Shown here in pieces: positions 60,624 through 64,000 of a DNA stretch of 64,000 bases. This DNA is from Candidatus Latescibacterota bacterium (GTDB taxonomy: Bacteria > Latescibacterota > CBDEFO01): the NCBI GenBank assembly GCA_965248755.1, contig OZ252149.1:2176001-2240000 (forward strand). The letters run 5' to 3'. Position numbers and translations under genes: made by a program. How positions within the stretch are numbered: the stretch's first letter is position 1; each line of letters starts with the position of its first letter. Under the pieces are notes generated by a model. That model ran no database searches and was not told where the DNA came from. It saw only the letters and a list, made by a program, of their open reading frames with translations.

Positions 60624-61181
60624 ATGATCATTCACCTGTCGCTACAAACAGAGCGTCTTATACTTCGAGACTTTGAGGAAGCCGATTGGGAATCGGTACA
60701 TAGCTACGCCTCTGACCCTGAGGTCGTTCGCTACATGGAATGGGGACCCGACAGCGAAGAGGATACCAGAGACTTCATCCAGAGGGTGATCGCACATCAA
60801 CGGGCTGAACCCCGGAGGCACTTTGAGTTGGCAGCTGTCCTGAAGGAAGAGGATCGGCTTATAGGTGGATGTGGTATTTCTGTGGAAGGCCATCTGGAAG
60901 GATCGATCGGATACTGCTATAGTCGGCACTTCTGGGGACGGGGATACGCAACTGAGGCTGCAGATGCGATACTTGCTTTTGGTTTCGATAAATTGGACTT
61001 ACATAGGATCTTTGCCACGTGTGACACAGAAAACGTGGCCTCGGTGAAAGTATTAGAGAAAATTGGAATGCGTCGGGAAGGGCATCTCCGAGAGGACAGT
61101 TACGAAAAGGGAAGATGGCGCGACTCCTTTTTATATGCCGTTCTTGAGCATGAATGGAATCGGGTGAAAGAAAGTGGCTGA
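60624..61181 (+). CDS. RimJ/RimL-family GNAT N-acetyltransferase
   Basis: TERLILR.F, IGY, WGRGYATEA, N.AS.KVLEK.GM..EG.LR. Confidence 0.92.
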   Translation: MIIHLSLQTERLILRDFEEADWESVHSYASDPEVVRYMEWGPDSEEDTRDFIQRVIAHQRAEPRRHFELAAVLKEEDRLIGGCGISVEGHLEGSIGYCYSRHFWGRGYATEAADAILAFGFDKLDLHRIFATCDTENVASVKVLEKIGMRREGHLREDSYEKGRWRDSFLYAVLEHEWNRVKESG

Positions 61182-61240
61182 TCGAAAAATCGAAGTTGAT
61201 ATAGCAGATAGCTGGTTCGCATCCGAAGGAGCTGAAAAAG

Positions 61241-61465
61241 ATGAAAGAACTGGACCGCATAACTGTTGACCCTCAGGTATGCCTTGGCCAACCAACTATA
61301 AGGGGCATGAGGATAACCGTTTCCGTTATCCTCAAAATGCTTGCCAGTGGCGTCACTACAGATGAAATATTAAAGGCGTATCACGAGCTTCAAAAAGAGG
61401 ACATTAGTCAGGCAATAAAATATGCTGCCTGGCTTGCATCTGAGAGGGTTAAGGTTATCGCCTAA
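61241..61465 (+). CDS. DUF433 antitoxin-like protein
   Basis: RITVDP.V..GQP.IRGMRI.V..IL..LA.G....EIL..Y..L..EDI..A..YA. Confidence 0.92.
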   Translation: MKELDRITVDPQVCLGQPTIRGMRITVSVILKMLASGVTTDEILKAYHELQKEDISQAIKYAAWLASERVKVIA

Positions 61466-61477
61466 GAAGGGTTAGAG

Positions 61478-61858
61478 ATGTCTGAACTGGCGTTCCTTGC
61501 TGACATGAATATATCTCATTTAACAGCGGAAGAATTGAGGAGAAAGGGATGGGATATCATAAGGGTATCAGAAGTCATGAATGTCAGCAGCAGTGATTTA
61601 GATGTTCTCGAATATGCACGAACACACGACAGAATTTTGATCACTCAGGATCTTGATTTTTCAACAATTCTTGCAGTTGGTGACTACGACAAGCCAAGTG
61701 TAATCAATCTACGTCTTGAAAATGCCAGCCCAGCTAACATTACAAAGCGAATTATGGAAGTTGTATCGCAGTTGGAAAATGAACTAACAGAAGGGGTCGC
61801 AATAAGTGTTGAAGAGGTAACGGCAAGATACAGAAAATTACCGCTAAAGATTGAATAA
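61478..61858 (+). CDS. DUF5615 PIN-like toxin
   Basis: FLADMNIS, G.D, D..V..YA....RILITQD.DF; paired with DUF433. Confidence 0.9.
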   Translation: MSELAFLADMNISHLTAEELRRKGWDIIRVSEVMNVSSSDLDVLEYARTHDRILITQDLDFSTILAVGDYDKPSVINLRLENASPANITKRIMEVVSQLENELTEGVAISVEEVTARYRKLPLKIE

Positions 61859-62036
61859 CCACGGGACGACAGGATCTCAACCCCGCTCGTGCGGGGTTGT
61901 GTTAAGGAGGTATTGCCCCTTCTTGAATCATCTGGATTACTTATTAGGTCCCTTGATACACGGATACACAATCACATTAAGGCTAATGAAATTATTATGA
62001 TGAATATCTTGCCAGCATCCGAAGGAGGTGAAAGAG

Positions 62037-62162
62037 ATGGAATCCAACCTTAGCGGTTTGAAAGACGAAGATGAGCTGTGCCTACTTGCGCAGGTGGAGC
62101 CAGATCGCCGGAGGGTTCCATCTGCTTTAGAAACCTCCACTCCGGCGGATGCAGGGGAGTAA
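62037..62162 (+). CDS. Candidate small leader ORF (41 aa) upstream of leuA
   Basis: [53 protein letters not shown]; stop 5 nt before the leuA ATG. Confidence 0.45.
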   Translation: MESNLSGLKDEDELCLLAQVEPDRRRVPSALETSTPADAGE

Positions 62163-62167
62163 AAAGG

Positions 62168-63742
62168 ATGGATAAGGATAAAGTATTAATATTTGACACC
62201 ACCTTGAGAGACGGAGAGCAGTCGCCCGGCGCCAGTCTGGACATACACCAGAAGGTGGAGATCGCTCATCAACTGGCCAGGCTCAACATAGACATCATTG
62301 AGGCAGGCTTCCCCGTATCGTCTCCGGTTCAGTTTGAGGCTGTGGAGATAATAGCAAGAGAGGTGGAAGGTCCTATAATTGCAGGACTGGCAAGGGCCGT
62401 AAAGCTGGATATTGACAGGGCCTGGGAGGCTATAAAGGACACCAAAAAGCCCCGGATACATACCTTTATCGGCACGTCTGACATCCACATCGAGGGTAAG
62501 TTCGGCTCCGACAAGTACGGAGAAACGCTGGAGGAGAAGAGGGATACGATCCTCCAGATGGCTGTGGACTCCGTAAAGCTTGCAAAGAGCTATACACAGG
62601 ACGTGGAGTTTTCCCCTGAAGACGCGGGAAGGACAGATCCTGATTATCTATGTCGCATCGTTGAGGCTACGATAGACGCCGGAGCCACGACAGTAAATAT
62701 ACCGGATACTACGGGCTACTGCATGTGTGATGAATTTGGGGCTTTGATAAAGGTGCTCGTTGATAAGGTGCCCAACATCGACAACGCCATAATAAGCGTG
62801 CACTGCCACAACGATTTAGGGATGGCCGTTGCCAATTCCCTTGTGGCTGTAAATAACGGGGCAAGACAGGTCGAATGCACGGTAAATGGTCTGGGAGAAC
62901 GCGCTGGCAACGCCTCGTTGGAAGAGATCGTAATGGCGATCAAGACGCGCCGGGACATAACGTCCGTGCACACCGGCATCAAGACGGAGGAGATATACAG
63001 GACAAGCAGGCTTGTGTCCAATCTGACCGGGATACACGTTCAACCCAATAAAGCCATCGTAGGAGCGAACGCGTTCGCTCACGAGTCCGGCATACACGTG
63101 GATGGCGTCCTAAAAAAGAGAGAGACCTATGAGATCATGACCCCTGAGTCTATAGGTCTCGAATCCAGCAAGATAGTGCTCGGCCGACATTCGGGCAGAC
63201 ACGGGTTTAAGGTCAGAATAGAGGCCCTGGGATATAAGCTCTCAGATGAGGAGCTTGAACGGGCGTATGAGAGATTCCTAGAGGTGGCTGACAAAAAGAA
63301 GGAGGTCTTCGACGAGGATCTGGAGGCCATAGTCGAAGATGAGATAAGGGACGTCCCTGAGAAGTATCAGCTTGAGTATCTGCATACCTTGAGCGGGACG
63401 GATGCTATTCCGACAGCCACGATCAGGATGAGAATAGATGGGCAGGAGGTCGTTCAAGAGGCGGCCTGCGGAGATGGCCCTGTAGATGCTGCCTACAAGG
63501 CAATCGGGCAGGTTACAGATCTGGACGTGGAGCTTGAGCAATACTCCATTAGAGCCATCACCAGCGGGACAGAGGCTATGGGCGAGGCTATAGTCAGGCT
63601 TAAGGACGACGGCACAATCATTATTGGCAAGGGCGTCTCCACTGACGTGATCCTTGCCAGCGCAAAGGCATACGTTGACGGCCTGAACAAGTTAGTGGCA
63701 AAGAGGGAACAGAAGGAAGATAGGATAGAGCCAACCGTCTGA
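62168..63742 (+). CDS. leuA: 2-isopropylmalate synthase
   Basis: [44 protein letters not shown], regulatory domain GPVDA. Confidence 0.98.
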   Translation: MDKDKVLIFDTTLRDGEQSPGASLDIHQKVEIAHQLARLNIDIIEAGFPVSSPVQFEAVEIIAREVEGPIIAGLARAVKLDIDRAWEAIKDTKKPRIHTFIGTSDIHIEGKFGSDKYGETLEEKRDTILQMAVDSVKLAKSYTQDVEFSPEDAGRTDPDYLCRIVEATIDAGATTVNIPDTTGYCMCDEFGALIKVLVDKVPNIDNAIISVHCHNDLGMAVANSLVAVNNGARQVECTVNGLGERAGNASLEEIVMAIKTRRDITSVHTGIKTEEIYRTSRLVSNLTGIHVQPNKAIVGANAFAHESGIHVDGVLKKRETYEIMTPESIGLESSKIVLGRHSGRHGFKVRIEALGYKLSDEELERAYERFLEVADKKKEVFDEDLEAIVEDEIRDVPEKYQLEYLHTLSGTDAIPTATIRMRIDGQEVVQEAACGDGPVDAAYKAIGQVTDLDVELEQYSIRAITSGTEAMGEAIVRLKDDGTIIIGKGVSTDVILASAKAYVDGLNKLVAKREQKEDRIEPTV

Positions 63743-63843
63743 AAACAAATAGACAGTAGACTGCAAACAGTAGACAGGACACCTAACCCAGCCCTGTGTA
63801 ATGTAGGGGCGAGGTCCACTTGTCCCAGTCAGTGAGAAACTCT

Positions 63844-64000
63844 ATGAACGGCAGGACGATGTTTCAGAAGGTATGGGACACTCATGTTGTGCGAGAGCAC
63901 GGTGGAGAGCCGACCATCTTATATATAGATGTCCATCTGGTGCACGAAATCACTTCAGCTCAGGCGTTTGAGGGATTGAGACAGACGGGCAGAATCCTCC
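63844..64000 (+). CDS. leuC: 3-isopropylmalate dehydratase large subunit, 5' partial
   Basis: [16 protein letters not shown]...[21 protein letters not shown]. Confidence 0.93.
   Translation, partial: MNGRTMFQKVWDTHVVREHGGEPTILYIDVHLVHEITSAQAFEGLRQTGRIL

Overview
64 kb of bacterial chromosome from a diderm (LptE, outer-membrane barrel, FlgD-type and TWGxIK C-terminal sorting domains, several PhyH dioxygenases). These traits suggest a Latescibacterota-like FCB-related lineage, which is inference only. The core scaffold is trkA(3' end)-tRNA-Leu-tig-clpP-clpX-engB, gap-secG, rpsU, lptE, thiL and ilvB-ilvN-ilvC-leuA-leuC(5' end). Accessory content lies between these genes. Top candidates for undescribed systems: (1) a three-gene operon at 39578-46328 encoding two GHKL (Hsp90/MORC-like) ATPases, one fused through transmembrane helices to a transglutaminase-like domain with an intact Cys-His-Asp triad, plus a membrane protein; (2) a cyclic-nucleotide-binding protein with an antitoxin-like tail, coupled to a VapC PIN nuclease directly upstream of gap. 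Also present: an IS3-family element that split a TTGACA-N17-TATATT promoter, a porin/beta-propeller/PhnD-like/hybrid-kinase sensing cluster, a roughly 21-bp palindrome found seven times (once in frame inside a protease gene), candidate ilv and leu leader peptides, two apparent non-ATG starts, and many small lesions confined to accessory genes. No CRISPR array or rRNA was seen. All family assignments come from motif recognition by eye, not from database searches.
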